From positions 27,280,001 to 27,344,000 of the forward strand of contig NC_092674.1 in NCBI RefSeq assembly GCF_964355755.1: a DNA stretch of 64,000 nt, given 5' to 3'. The notes beneath the pieces were generated by a model. The model saw only the letters and a program-made list of their open reading frames with translations. It was not told the DNA's origin and did not search any database. Shown piece after piece: positions 38,101 through 50,769 of the stretch. The stretch is from Antedon mediterranea (Eukaryota; Animalia; Echinodermata). Both the position numbers and the translations under genes were made by a program. Numbering within the stretch: position 1 is the first letter of the stretch; each line of letters opens with the position of its first letter.

Positions 38101-40591
38101 TTAACAAAATATTAGTATTAAAATAATTACTATAAAAAAGCATTAAAACTATATTAAAATGTATAATGATTTAATAACATTTTCTTTAAAACGTACCATC
38201 ATGTTTCTTCATGTGCCTCTTCAATCGGCTTGGTAGAGCAAAACGCACCTCACAGCCCTCAACAGTGCATCTATAATACAAAACAAAAGGTTAGATATAA
38301 AAAAAATGCGCTAGAAATCAACTGGACAATGTGTAATGCTCTGTCTACACTATCAAACTAGTTTAACAAATAACAAGTCTAATGTGCCCAAATATGGTAG
38401 TGATATATCCAAATATGGTAGTGATATGACATCATCATGTCCGTATATATATGGGGACATCACATTGTCACATAAAGTTTGATAGTGTAGATAGAGCTTT
38501 AGGACGGTGGTATGCTACTTTACCGATATGGATTGATCCCTGTATGAGTGACTTGATGCACTTTTAGTTGTTGCCGTTTCCTAAATGTCTTATTACAGCC
38601 TTCAAAATCACACTGGAACGATAAGAATTGTAATTATTAATATAATATTTTATTTGAACCCTTTCTACGTAATTATAATTTTTTCTATTTCAATTCACAC
38701 TCTACAGCAAGGAGCCTGCCACTTTAAAGAATGTAATACATATAGCAATATGAGACAAGAACATTGACAAAACAAAGCTTAAACCTTATACTAACTATAA
38801 AAAGAGTATCAATATAATTATAGATTTACATAATAAATATTAATATATTTGCAATCACATGTACTAATTTACTTAATAACATAAGTAACTTACTTTATAA
38901 CATAATAAGTACTAAACTAAACTGTAACATATTAAGTAACAAACTTACTTAATAACATATTAACAAACTTACATATTAAATAACAAACTTACTTTATTAC
39001 ATATTAAGTACAAACTTACTTTATTACATATTAAGTAACAAACTTACTTTATTACATATTAAGTCTAAACTTACTTTATTACATATTAAGTACAAACTTA
39101 CTTTATTACATATTAAAGCCCCATTCCCTACGTTTTTTAGATATAATTTAAGATCACAAACTATATTTAATGTAAAAATAATACTATATGGTCCTATTGC
39201 GATAACTTTTTTCGTCTTTAAACAGTTAAAAATGTGAAAAATAAGTCGATTCTAATAATTATAGCGGCCCGCTATAAATCCCAAAATGCATTGCGCGCGG
39301 ATTGATATTTTTGTTTTTCACCTGTAATTCGCCAACTTTTCGATCGATCGTGAGGCCAAAACAAATGAAAGACTCCTAACTTTTCAGCGAAAATACCGGG
39401 TTTTCCCCAATTTGTATCAACGGAGTCTGGCAAAAATAGAAAGACAATTAATGCAGCAACTATACAACGTCAGGCTAGGTATATAGCTCGCGTACGATGT
39501 TCGTACGTTACCGATGTTTACCAGCTAGGCCTACAAAACTAAGCCTAGCTAGGCTAGGCCTAAGACCGTCCACGAGAGGTCGATCGCCGCGAGCTACTTA
39601 GGTAGTGCATTGTTTCTCACTTTTTATCATAATTTACCATAAAACGTACATTTAAGACAAGAAATGACATGGTTTAATGTTTTTAAAGTGATATATATGT
39701 ATTATTTTCCAAAAAACGTCCAAAATTGCAGGGAAGGGGTCTTTAAGTACAAATTTACTTTATTACATATTAAGTACAAACTTACTTTATTACATACAGT
39801 ATTAAGTACAAACTTACTTTCAGAGACTGTTCATGAAACCTTTTCATATGTTTCTTAAGAGTTTCAGCACTCACAAATCGATGATCACATCCTTCTTTTT
39901 GACATCTGCCGACAAAACACACATACATGAAAAAGTTAGCCATGAAAAACAATGTCAATGCAATGAGAACATATCGTTAACTAGTATTTTTGTTAAATAA
40001 ACTTCAGTATTCCCTGCCCCGAGACTCCAAACTTACAAATAATCTTTTGTTCCAGAATGTGATTTTATGTGTCGAGTTAGATGAGCTTTTCTGCAAAATG
40101 ATTTTTCACATCCGTCGATTGTGCAGACAAATGGTCTCTGTAATTAATATAATATTAAAATACCATATAATATATACAAAAAATGCAAACATGTTTTGGT
40201 TTACTTTTTTTATTTATAAATTATAAATAATTGTGTTGGTTGTTATTAATGTTAGTTTCTTTATATTATTTTTTTTAAATTTAAAGTGTAAACTGTTTAT
40301 TGTTTATTTATGATGTACACGCATCCTGTTTATCTAGAGGTTTAATTTCCCTTGTATTTTGTTAGGACGAACTGACTCAAACTTCGAAGTAACCGACACA
40401 CTAAGCATTTCCATCGTGTGTCAACTGACAATGGGTGGAGTTTTGAAGGTGAGATGTGGAGCCTAGAATTTAGATAGGATTTTAAGCTTTTATAAATTAC
40501 ATACCTCTCCTGTATGTTTCAATTCATGTTCTTTTAACTTCGATAATTTGTCAAAATTTGCATAACAGTCATCAAAATTACAGAAAGGCAT
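35154..40591 (-). CDS. GTF3A: Transcription factor IIIA (nine C2H2 zinc fingers), 11 exons
   Basis: Exons 40591-40505, 40137-40037, 39905-39818, 38612-38524, 38270-38197, 38004-37918, 37323-37277, 37142-37059, 36335-36180, about 35867-35455 and 35347-35154 join in frame. Fingers match TFIIIA: CTVEGCEVRFALPSRLKRH, FTSWSLLRKH, CPRDGCGRTYT, YHEGARPFAC..C.KTFA.K.SL.KH..VH, followed by RSTASKISG. The ORF track mostly misses this gene. Confidence 0.9.
35455..35752 (-). repeat. 30-bp minisatellite, about 10 copies, in frame within the GTF3A C-terminal exon
   Basis: The + strand unit CTGGCTATTTGTACAGTGACCTTCTTCTAC encodes EEGHCTNSQV on the minus strand. Confidence 0.9.
36680..37004. mobile_element. 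Kolobok-like MITE (AGATGTATTGTCCC TIR family)
   Basis: TTAA|AGATATATTGTCCCC ... GGGGACAATACATCT. Same family as 42834-43307 and a partial copy at about 18590-18743. Confidence 0.75.
37345..37717 (+). mobile_element. 3' end of a CR1/L2-type LINE with an (AAAT)n tail
   Basis: TRTWNSIPNEIR..SFINFKLSLKLY resembles the LINE ORF2 C-terminus and is followed by a UTR and AATAAAATAAAATAAATAAATAAAAT. Confidence 0.65.
38866..39817. repeat. ~27-bp minisatellite containing the GTF3A exon-3 donor sequence, split by a MITE
   Basis: AAACTTACTTTATTACATATTAAGTAC units at 38866-39116 and 39743-39817. Confidence 0.85.
39117..39742. mobile_element. Kolobok-like MITE with TTAA target duplication
   Basis: TTAA|AGCCCCATTCCCT ... 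AGGGAAGGGGTCT|TTAA; homologous to 592-952 in the opposite orientation. Confidence 0.8.
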
Positions 40592-40744
40592 AATTTAACA
40601 CAATTGTTTAGTATCGATTCTTTGATTTACAACGCCACGTGCGTGTGCGACCAAGCATAACTTGTTTTTACTGAAGAGAGCGCCTCCTAACTCCTACAAA
40701 CAGAGTACAGACACAACAACACAAGTAGAAAAATATCCACAAAA
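40592..40744. promoter_or_regulatory. Very compact bidirectional promoter, GTF3A/XPNPEP3
   Basis: Only 153 bp separates the two inferred ATGs. Contains an E-box CACGTG at about 40636 and CTCF-like AGCGCCTCCTA at about 40679. Confidence 0.65.
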
Positions 40745-43586
40745 ATGTTCTCAAATAAGCTTATAAATCTATTAAGACAATTTAGTAAGTTTAAAGAACA
40801 AATTTACTAGGCCTAGGATAGATTTTTAACTTACTTAGAATAATTAATAATACTCTGGAGGCCTACTGTATCTAAGCATGGTCCATCATAGATGGATGGT
40901 GGATGGAAGTATACCCCCTCTCATCTCCATTACTTAGTTACTACTAGTGTACTAGTAGTACTAGGCCTAGCTGGGTAGGGTTATCAGGAAGGTGGAAGGT
41001 TAAGCTCCCACCACTCAATGGCATTGCATTGCTGACTGGCTAGCCTAACTCAATTTGTAAGGCCTCTGTTTTATCTGTTCTTTCGGGTGAGAGAAAAACT
41101 GGAAAGAAAGTCTAGAAAGATATGTGACTGAATGATATGTGACCCTTTTAAATTTTGATGGAGCTGAACAATATAATATGAGGACATGCCTATCCATTTT
41201 TTGTATTTTCAGGTACGTGTAACCGATATTATTGGTCAGCAGCAAGTACACCTAAGATACCTGAAAGAAACTTGGGACAACCAACACCGTTTGGACATTC
41301 ACACCTGATGTCCATTGATGATGTCACACCGGGAATTACTAGGTCAGAGTTCAAGCACAGACGAGATGCCCTAATGACCTCAATTAGTCGATCGACAAGT
41401 GGCGGAGAAAGCAAACATCACATTGTTGTCGTTCTTTCAAGCGATAAAAAATACATGACGGATGAGATACCATACCCATTTCGACAAAACACTAATTTTT
41501 TATACTTATCTGGTTTCCAAGAACCGGATAGCGCGCTGGTTCTTGAAAGTATCCCGGGAAAGGTGCATAAATCTGTTTTATTTGTACCAGAACGAGATCC
41601 CAATAGAGAGCTGTGGGATGGACCACGGGCAGGAACCGAGGGAGCTAAACAATTTCTCGGCGTAGATGAGACATTCAGTATTGATGACCTTCCAAAAGCG
41701 TTAGAAAGGTATAGTCATTTCGAAGATGGCGCTATATGGTATGATGTTTTTAAAAACGCAAATCCAAATCTCCACGAAAAAGTTATCAATACGTTAATTA
41801 ATCCTAGCAGACGACGAGGAAATACGGTAAACATTTTAGAACATTCGATGCACTCTCTGCGAGTTTTGAAATCGGAGGCTGAAGTCCGGCTAATGAGAGA
41901 ATCTGCAAGCATTGCTGCTAGGTCATTCGTCAAGGTCATGAGAGCTTCGTATCCTGGAATTCGCGAATCTGAACTTTACGCTAAAATCGACCTGGAATGT
42001 CGCCTCGCCGGTGCCGAGTTCCTCGCGTATCCTCCGGTAGTTGCAGGAGGGAATCGTGCGAATACTTTACACTACATCAGTAACAATCAAGTTGTACAGG
42101 ACAAAGAGTTAGTCCTCATGGATGCAGGCTGTGAGTACCACGGTTATGCTAGTGACATCACAAGAACGTGGCCTGTGAATGGACGATATACAAGCGCACA
42201 GGGTGAATTATACGAATTGGTACTTCGCATTCAAAAAGACTGTATAGAATTGTGTCGTGAGGGGTCAACACTCGATCAAGCGTATCATCAAATGTTGACC
42301 TGGATTGGTGTAGGACTTCAACGACTGGGAATCATTTCAAATAAATTAAGTGTTCTGGAATTAAATAAGGTGCATTTGATTATTAAAATAAACAGACTAA
42401 ATCTCTGTCTACACTATCAAACTTTATGTGGGCATATATGGACATGATGATGTCATATCACTACCACATTTGGGCACATAACTAATTTGATGATAGTGCA
42501 GACAGAGCTTTAACATAATAAATTTGTGTTATTCTTTCTGCAGGTTGTTATATCTCCCAACACCATAATGCAGCATACATTCAAATCTTGTGGTTTTTTT
42601 TAGGTAGCAAAGCTTTACTGTCCTCACCACTTAGGCCATTATTTAGGAATGGATACACATGACACGACAAAGGTTTCAAGAAGTAATCAACTTCAACCAG
42701 GAATGGTTGTGACAATAGAGCCAGGTAAGGTGTGTGAGAAGAAAGTTCCCCTTGGAACCTTGCCAATAGAAGGGCACATGTTATTTGAAATTGTAAAAAA
42801 AAAAGGTGTTTTAAATCTTCAAAAGCAGCCTAAAGATGTATTGTCCCTTGAAACACAAAAAATAAAAAATATTCTAAATTTAAATTGGCCATATCAAAGT
42901 AATATTAAAGTTATTCACTTTAAGTCGAAAATTCAAGCCAAAAATAACAAGTTTACGTAATTAATGGGTAAATTAATTTGATAACATTTTGTCTGGAAAA
43001 TCATCGCAAGCGAAAGTAAACAAAGCTTTCAAACCACGAGTGTGCATGATGCTAATTAGAATTGTTTACAACTTGTCACGGTTGAGAAGGTGTTTTCACA
43101 CAGATCGCAAGGAAGTTTTATGATTATGCATACAGAGTAGCCAAACAAGCTCTTTGTTTTTGGACAAAAAAACATCTGTATTTCAGTTAAATTATTTTTT
43201 TACTACTAATTTTTGGTAGAAGTTAATAACTATTATGACACTTCAACACTTTCTTCTTTTTCGAAATCTTTAATTTTTTTGGAATTAGTCAAAGGGACAA
43301 TACATCTTTAACAAATTGGCACAGTAATAAAAGATTTCCTTTCCTAGATATGTCTTTCCAAATGAATGCTCTATTTATGCAACCAATTTTCTTTTCTTTA
43401 GGCTTGTATATACCAGCTAGTGACATGTCTGCACCAGAGAAATTTCGAGGAATTGGCATCCGAATCGAAGATGACGTGTTGATAACGGATTCGAAACCAG
43501 AGGTTTTATCACACGAGTGTCCAAAAGAAATTGTAGAAATTGAATCTATAATGAATTTAGAGTTAAGACGAGGAAATGGGAGCTGA
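40745..43586 (+). CDS. XPNPEP3: Xaa-Pro aminopeptidase 3 (mitochondrial Icp55-like), 4 exons
   Basis: Exons 40745-40784, 41213-42369, 42604-42724 and 43402-43586. [94 protein letters not shown]. Confidence 0.96.
42834..43307. mobile_element. Kolobok-like MITE
   Basis: AGATGTATTGTCCCTT ... AAGGGACAATACATCT|TTAA. Confidence 0.8.
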
Positions 43587-44751
43587 ATAGTTGGTGGCGC
43601 TACTATGTTTCTTGACTAGGAGTGCTAAATTGTTTTGTAATGGGAATGCCTAGGCGTAAACTTCCCAAACAGGTTAAAATACTTTTAATTAATATACTTT
43701 TTACCCAGTTCATCATTGGAGATGAGTAGGCCCTGGTTCACAAAATAGCCCCTGTATCCAGGTGATTACCACCTATCTAATAGGACAGTGATTAATTTAC
43801 TATTGTTAATCATTAGCCACATGTGTCTAAAGACATAAAATAAAAACTGAATACCCTATACAGTACAATTGTTATATAATAGACTTTGATGTAAAACATA
43901 TTGGTTACTTTATTGAATTTTTCTCGTCCAAAATATACAAACATTTTAAATGCATTGTCGGTGGTATTGTTACGGTTCGGTGGATATAGCGTTATGAAAT
44001 ATCCATCATTACCTCTTTATTTTTGTAATATACCCTGCAAATTTAAAAATAGCTTTTATCAAACATAAAATACACCTCACGCCAAAAATTTACTAAATTC
44101 AGTACTAAAGCTGGCAGGAATCCTAGGTTTTATACAAAACCATGGCCCGCATGGAATGTGCTTACTTATGTATAGTACCAGATAAATAAAAAAAATATAT
44201 TTAGCACTTATTGAAACCTGTCATTATTTCAAATGTCCAGTACCAATGACAATTATCGGATTGTTTTAATTACACAGAATTAGTTTAAATATTCATAGCA
44301 TTTATTAGCATATTAGAAATAACATATTTGAAGACTCTTTACAATTGTGGCAAGATTTTTGTTTGAAGCTTTAAACAACAAAATAAAAATTATTAAAAAC
44401 ACCATACGTACATTCACAAACATTATAAGCACTTTTTAAAATTACGATATTCTGTACACATTGATTTAGAAGATAACTGAAGACACAAGCCTTAATGTGG
44501 TGACATAGCGGCAAATAGAATGAAAATATATTGAAATTACCCATAAAACTCTGTCTACACTATCAAACTTTATGTGACAAAATTGTGATATGGACATCGT
44601 GAGGTCATACCACCACCATATTTGGGCACATCAAACTAGTTTGATAGTGTAGAAAGAGGTTTAGGAAAGCCATATGTTATCCAGTGATTCTACCAGTCTA
44701 GGCTCACAGCCATTAGGCAAGCCTTTTGCTATCCAAAGTTTCTACCAGATT

Positions 44752-47700
44752 TTACCAGTCTAGGCTAACAGGATAATCACCCGTGAGGCAAGCAGTGCAA
44801 TGTCTAGACTTTGAATTTGTCTTCTTAAATTCTTTCTCATTTTTTGAAATTCCTTCCATGACTGCTGACAACAGGCCTTTCACGGACAAGTACTTGATGC
44901 TGTCAGCTCCGAAGTGTTTCGCAAGATGTTCCAAGTCCATTTTATTAGCAATTAGTTCTTCTCTTGTAGGGATGTTGATGCCCATATAGCAGGGGTGCTT
45001 CACAGGTGGTGAAGCAACACGTATATGAACCTGTAAATTTATGCAAATTTCATTATTATTAAATGCACATGGCCTATAATAATTATATGGAAGTGTTCAG
45101 AAAAAAAGTGTATGTAACAATGATTTACAGTTGATGGAATTGAGAAGAAAAAATTGTATTCAATTTCAATTTATAAATGTTATATCTTACCTCTTTGGCA
45201 CCGGCTGCCTTTAGCATTTTTATAATTGGTCCAATTGTGTTTCCCCTAACAACCGAGTCATCTATTATAATGATTCTCTTGTCTTTAAAGTTGTCGACGA
45301 GCGGGCCAAACTTCTTGGCAACGCCCAACTGACGTAACCGGTTGCTGGGCTGAATAAATGTTCGTCCAACATAGCGGTTCTTGCACAATACTTCTGTGTA
45401 TGGAATTCCGATCTTAATAATATAAAGTACCAAAGTAAAGTATAAGAACATTTTAATTTTAAACTTCTGGACATAGTTTTACATTTACAAGTACAGTAAA
45501 TTCAATCTGTGGTAAGGGAACAAAAGAACAGCCAAACCTTGGTACTGTATCTAAAGTGTTCAGGGCCTGTATTATATAACTTAACCCTCCCTTTCCATGA
45601 TACAGGTACCACATGTGATACAAATTATGGAGTTTGTCTATGATACTCCATATGACAAGATACACAGCACTGTCCTATGCCACAGGTGGTTGACTGAGGA
45701 GCTGTACACCCACCTCTTGAGCATAGCCAATGGCAGCAGGAGTAGCAGACTCTGGAACGGTGCTGACAATATCTCCTTCTATTGGTGCCTCAATCGCCAA
45801 CTGTTTGCCACAGCGTCTCCTTACAGAATATACCATTTGACCTGCAAAAAGAGTTCACGATAATGGTATAACAATGGTTACAAAAACAAACAATAGGCAA
45901 ACACAATCTTAATCTACACTATCAAACTAGTTTGACAAAAAAAATGTGATGTGTCCAAATATGGTAGTGATATGACATCATCATGTCCTTATATGGGCAC
46001 ATCATATTTTTTTGTCACATAAAGTTTGATAGTGTAGACGGAGCTTAAGAGGTGGGGTACTGTAGAAAAAGTTTTCCATTGTGTTTGATAGTGTAGACAG
46101 AGCTTTAGTATTATTTATTTAAATAACGAAGGCAATTTATACGAGTACTGTACATACTATTTGATTGTTAGTTTTTATTCTAGTTTCCTGTAAAAGTAGA
46201 ACACCTATTAAGGGGACACCTTTGGGACCCATCAGGGTTGGCAGTAGTGTTAAAACACTCACCCCTCGATTCGTGGGAAGTTCCTTACAGGTGTGCTCCA
46301 AATCACATGTTCTATTGTCTTTTCCTTTTATGATATATTTGTATGTGTATTAAATACAATAAGTCAGTTGTGCTTAGTTTTTAACTATAAATAACAATAA
46401 AAATAAACACAAACTACAATGATCAAAAAACGAATCTAAACTTACCTTCATGAATCGTGTCGGAGCGTGAAAAATAAACATATTCAAATATACAAAACGC
46501 TGGAGGAGCTTCATCGAGTCTCGGAACAATTGACATCGATTCAACGCCATTCTTTGAGAGCTGGACGATCTCTCCTGCAGCAACTTCACGGTAGTACCTG
46601 GCACCCACGGATTGGAAACAACAAGATTCTGAAGACACAACCCAACCTTCTACTTCTGGATCTTTAGCTGGAAAAATTAAACTCTATGTTAATTTCATCT
46701 TTTTTAATTGTTAGACTACCATCATGTGACAACTACTGTCACAATTCCATATTTTTTAACAATATTTTCGAACAATTTTTATTGTTCTGCTTTCTGATAA
46801 ACTGATGATCTTTATGAATTTTTTTGTTTGGAACTACTCATATACTGAAGTAATAAATAGAAAGACAAGCTCTGAGGGCACCTACACTTTAAGTTGTCAA
46901 TATTATTATCCTCTATTTTAATAATTTATTTAGACAACCTCATACAGTACAAAGTTATTATTTTTTTGTAGATGGCTCTATTCATCTATGATATTGGATT
47001 GGAGGAAAATTTAATATTTCTGTTAAACTATCTTACTTCATATAGTGTTTCTATTAGACAAATATGAAGGCCAGTTTTTACTAAAAAGTACAAGATAGCA
47101 TTTCAGACAAAGGGTTTACTTCTAGTTCAGCACTTTAAAGATTTATTACATAAAACTTTAATTTATAACCTCATGTGAATACTGAAAAGTCCATATGTAC
47201 ATAGCAGACGTAAACATAAGTAGCATTTCATATAGAATCTCACCAACAAATTGTATGTGCTACATACAATTTGACTACCTACAATAAGTAAAGACAGTAA
47301 AACCACCTATAAATTTGTTCGATAAAATCATGTCTTTAATAAATCAATCAACCAACAATCAGAATACAAGTATTCCATCGTGAGGATGATAAACTTTTAC
47401 TGATCTTAATTCCATATGGTTTTTATTTGTATAATAAATACTTACCACCGGCGCTTGCAGCATTTATCAGCTGGCCGATGCAAAGCGGTCTGTTACCGTA
47501 TGGATCTCGCACGGCATACATTGAACTACCGTGCATGATGAGCAGGGAATAGGCTGTTGGGGTTTGTTTCATCACTTGACGTATTCTGGCCGGCCAGTTC
47601 GGTCCGTTTGGTTCACCTTCTGGCGGTGATGACGTTAATAATTGCGTAATAACTTCAGAATCGGATCCAGTAGACAGGCCTACACCGTGTTCCAAAACCT

Positions 47701-48867
47701 GTTAAAAAATATATACATTTAAAAAAAATATTTGATAAATCTTAAAGAATTAAAATTTATTACTACAACTTTTACCATTGTCTTCTTTACATCCAGAAAA
47801 AGTTTAATACACAATTGTTCTGTTATGCTTCTCTTTTGTATTTATATTTTTGCACATTTCGTTATGAGCTGCTAAGGGATCCATTCAAGCATACAAGGAA
47901 AAACATATTTTCAGAAATTGTTTTGAAAGGAGTGCTTTAAGGGAAAACATGAAAAATGAATGCATCTCTTTGAAGGAAAAAACAAACAAAAAATACTGAC
48001 CTTTAACCTCAGTGAATTCTTATTGACTAATTCACCATTGTGCGCCACAGCAATCCTTCCATGTATGGTATCAACGTCAAAAGGCTGGCAGTTTATCAGC
48101 GATGATGAACCTGCCGTCGAGTACCGCGTGTGCCCGATTCCAGCCTCTCCCTTGATTCGATGCAATGTATCAAATTTAAAAATGGAATTTACCATCCCCA
48201 TTCCTTTGTGTTTACGAAATTCCTTATTCTCAGAGTTATACGTAATTATACCAGCACTTTCTTGTCCCCTACAGAAAAAAATTATCAAATTTTATTTTAT
48301 AATTTATAAGAAAATAGCAGATATACTGTGTATAATATAAATAATGTAATCCTATAACTGTTTGTATGCTAACAACTATTTACATAGCAGCATTCTATCT
48401 ATAGGAAACTACAGTATCATTGTCTGTAAATATGGTAAACTTTTTCAATTCAAAATAACATTTCAATTTAAATATTTGTTTTCAAATGTACAAAGTTCTC
48501 AGTATCAATATACAAGCTACAATATACAGGACTCAAAATTAATTTGGTAGTTTTCAAATCTTACTTGTGTTGTAAGACCCAATTAATAAATTTGCAATCT
48601 AATCAATTATGTAGTTACCATTATCAAATTGAAACAAAGGGGTGGCTGACTGGCCTGTGACAATATTGTACACTCGCAGGCTTTACAGTATACAAGCAAC
48701 AACATGTAACATACTAACCTATGTTGTAGACCAATCAATCCGAGGTGAATTATATGCGCAACGTCCAGTTGTGTCGGCCAATCACCAGCCGCTACACAGC
48801 CAAACACACCACATGCTTCTTCCAACCTGAAATCATCCTCATACGGTTCTAATGATGAACTCGCCAT
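44752..48867 (-). CDS. PPAT: Amidophosphoribosyltransferase, 7 coding exons
   Basis: Propeptide plus EEACGVFG (Ntn cysteine), [99 protein letters not shown] probable non-coding first exon lies near 51356-51480 (donor at 51355, acceptor at 48918). Confidence 0.97.
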
Positions 48868-49587
48868 TGTGAGATATTTCTTCCAAATGGGTGGTGTTTG
48901 TCAAGAAATTGATTTGGCTGAAGATAAAGAAAGTTACACTAATTAGTATTACAATATTTTTATAATTTAAGTGACTTTAATTATGACTACAAAATGGCCT
49001 ATTGTTTTTTAAGTCCCTAAATTACTGTACACTAAAAATATACCTAATACCTAATACAGTAATGTTTATCTTTGGCTTTCACTAAACAAGAATTAAAAAA
49101 AATAGTGATAGTAATTCTATACTAACCAAGAAATACTGGTTGAAATAAATAACAGGTACACAAAATATAGTTATTTTGATATAAATGAACTTTATCATTT
49201 ATACACATTTGAAAAATTAGAAAGTACGAAAAAACATAAGGCGACATTTATTTGCATTTGAATTTAAATCTTTAATTTCAAACGAATATGGATGCAACTT
49301 TATGACTTGATTTTATTTCATAAAACTGTTTTAATTTTTGCAATATTTTCAATTACAGAGTTTCTTTTATCATTTTAAGAATGGCATTATGAACATTATA
49401 GTGTACATCGGTTTAAATTTATAGTAATTGAAAAATACCTAGTTATGTCATGTTAATTATAATGAGACAGATACAGTTACAGGTACTGTAGATTAATTAA
49501 ACTAAAATAAATATAGAATTCTCTAAAAATACAAACATATGATTTACTGATAAGATAAAAATATATTGTACTGGGTTGCTATCGAGT

Positions 49588-49903
49588 GTTATATAACACC
49601 TATATAAATTCCTGTCATTTGATTGGACGAATGTGGGTCACATGGCGTGCAATAGTACGCACTATTCAACGATCGTTAAATAGTACTTTTTGAAACATTT
49701 TTGTGTACGAAAAAAAAAACGTCTAGATGTTATATAAAACAAATAATGAATGTTTTGTATTCGTGTAATGGTACAAATAATGGCACTTGGTGAATGATGA
49801 AAGGTTATATCAACTCGGCTTTGCCTCGTTGATATAACCTTTCATCATTCACCTCGTGCCATTATTTGTACCATTGCACTCATAAACATTCATTATTTGT
49901 ATA
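49588..49903. mobile_element. Non-autonomous element with a ~160-bp fold-back hairpin (Crypton-like, tentative)
   Basis: Arms 49739-49814 and 49828-49900 are near-perfect inverted repeats around the loop CTCGGCTTTGCCTCG; TGTTATATAA is repeated at about 49588 and 49728. Confidence 0.6.
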
Positions 49904-50475
49904 TTATGCCATTATCAGAAATCCTTTCTTCTATTTTCATGCTGTAAGTCATCCAATTGCCATTGTCTCATATTTTTAAATTGCATGTTCTGCCATTGTT
50001 GTTATGCGTGTTTGTTTGTCTATGCTTTTTTTAAAAGACCCTATTGTATTGGAATTAAGTTGATTTTTCTTTCGACTTTAGGGACTGGTTTCTTATTTAA
50101 ATGTATTTGCTTGTAAATTGTTTGTATTCATATTGTCTTGTAATCTTATGTTGAAACCGAATAAAACCAAATCACATAGTCCAGCTGACAATGGTTTCTA
50201 TTGTTATGAATTAAAGATACAGGTACTATGAATTAAAGATACAGGTACTTTGGAAGGACCTGTGTATTCAAAGGGTGGATTACACTTTAAAGCTGAAACC
50301 ATAGAGCTATAAATAATAAATAGGCTGATGCTGAAATCTATTGTTATGTTTCTTTCACACCACCTTATTTGAATATGTGTAGCACATAATGCAAGATAAC
50401 AATAAAAGTTAGTTTCAAAGAGAACAAGTCTGGCTGTTAAATTAATCTTTTCTTTTATTTTGGCTAAGGTACTTA

Positions 50476-50769
50476 GGATTAGGCCAACTTCGGCCACAGA
50501 CAATTTCGGCCACAGACAATAATATTACTACTATATCTATGGAACGCCCATAGTGCCATTGATAGGGGAACAATGAGACACGACAATATAATACAGGATT
50601 ATCGATTTCATTGCGTTTTACTTTTGTTTTTTTGTTTTTACACAGGAAAACACGGACACAGACAAACTTGGCAATTAATTAATTAATTAATAATGAAAAT
50701 ATGCGTTAATGGCGCGCCATAGAAATCTGTTGTGGCCGAAACTGTCTGTGGCCGAAACGGTCATATGCC
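50476..50769. mobile_element. MITE with GG..CC termini and an 8-bp target duplication
   Basis: GGTACTTA|GGATTAGGCCAACTTCGGCCACAGAC ... GTCTGTGGCCGAAACGGTCATATGCC|GGTACTTA. Confidence 0.8.
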
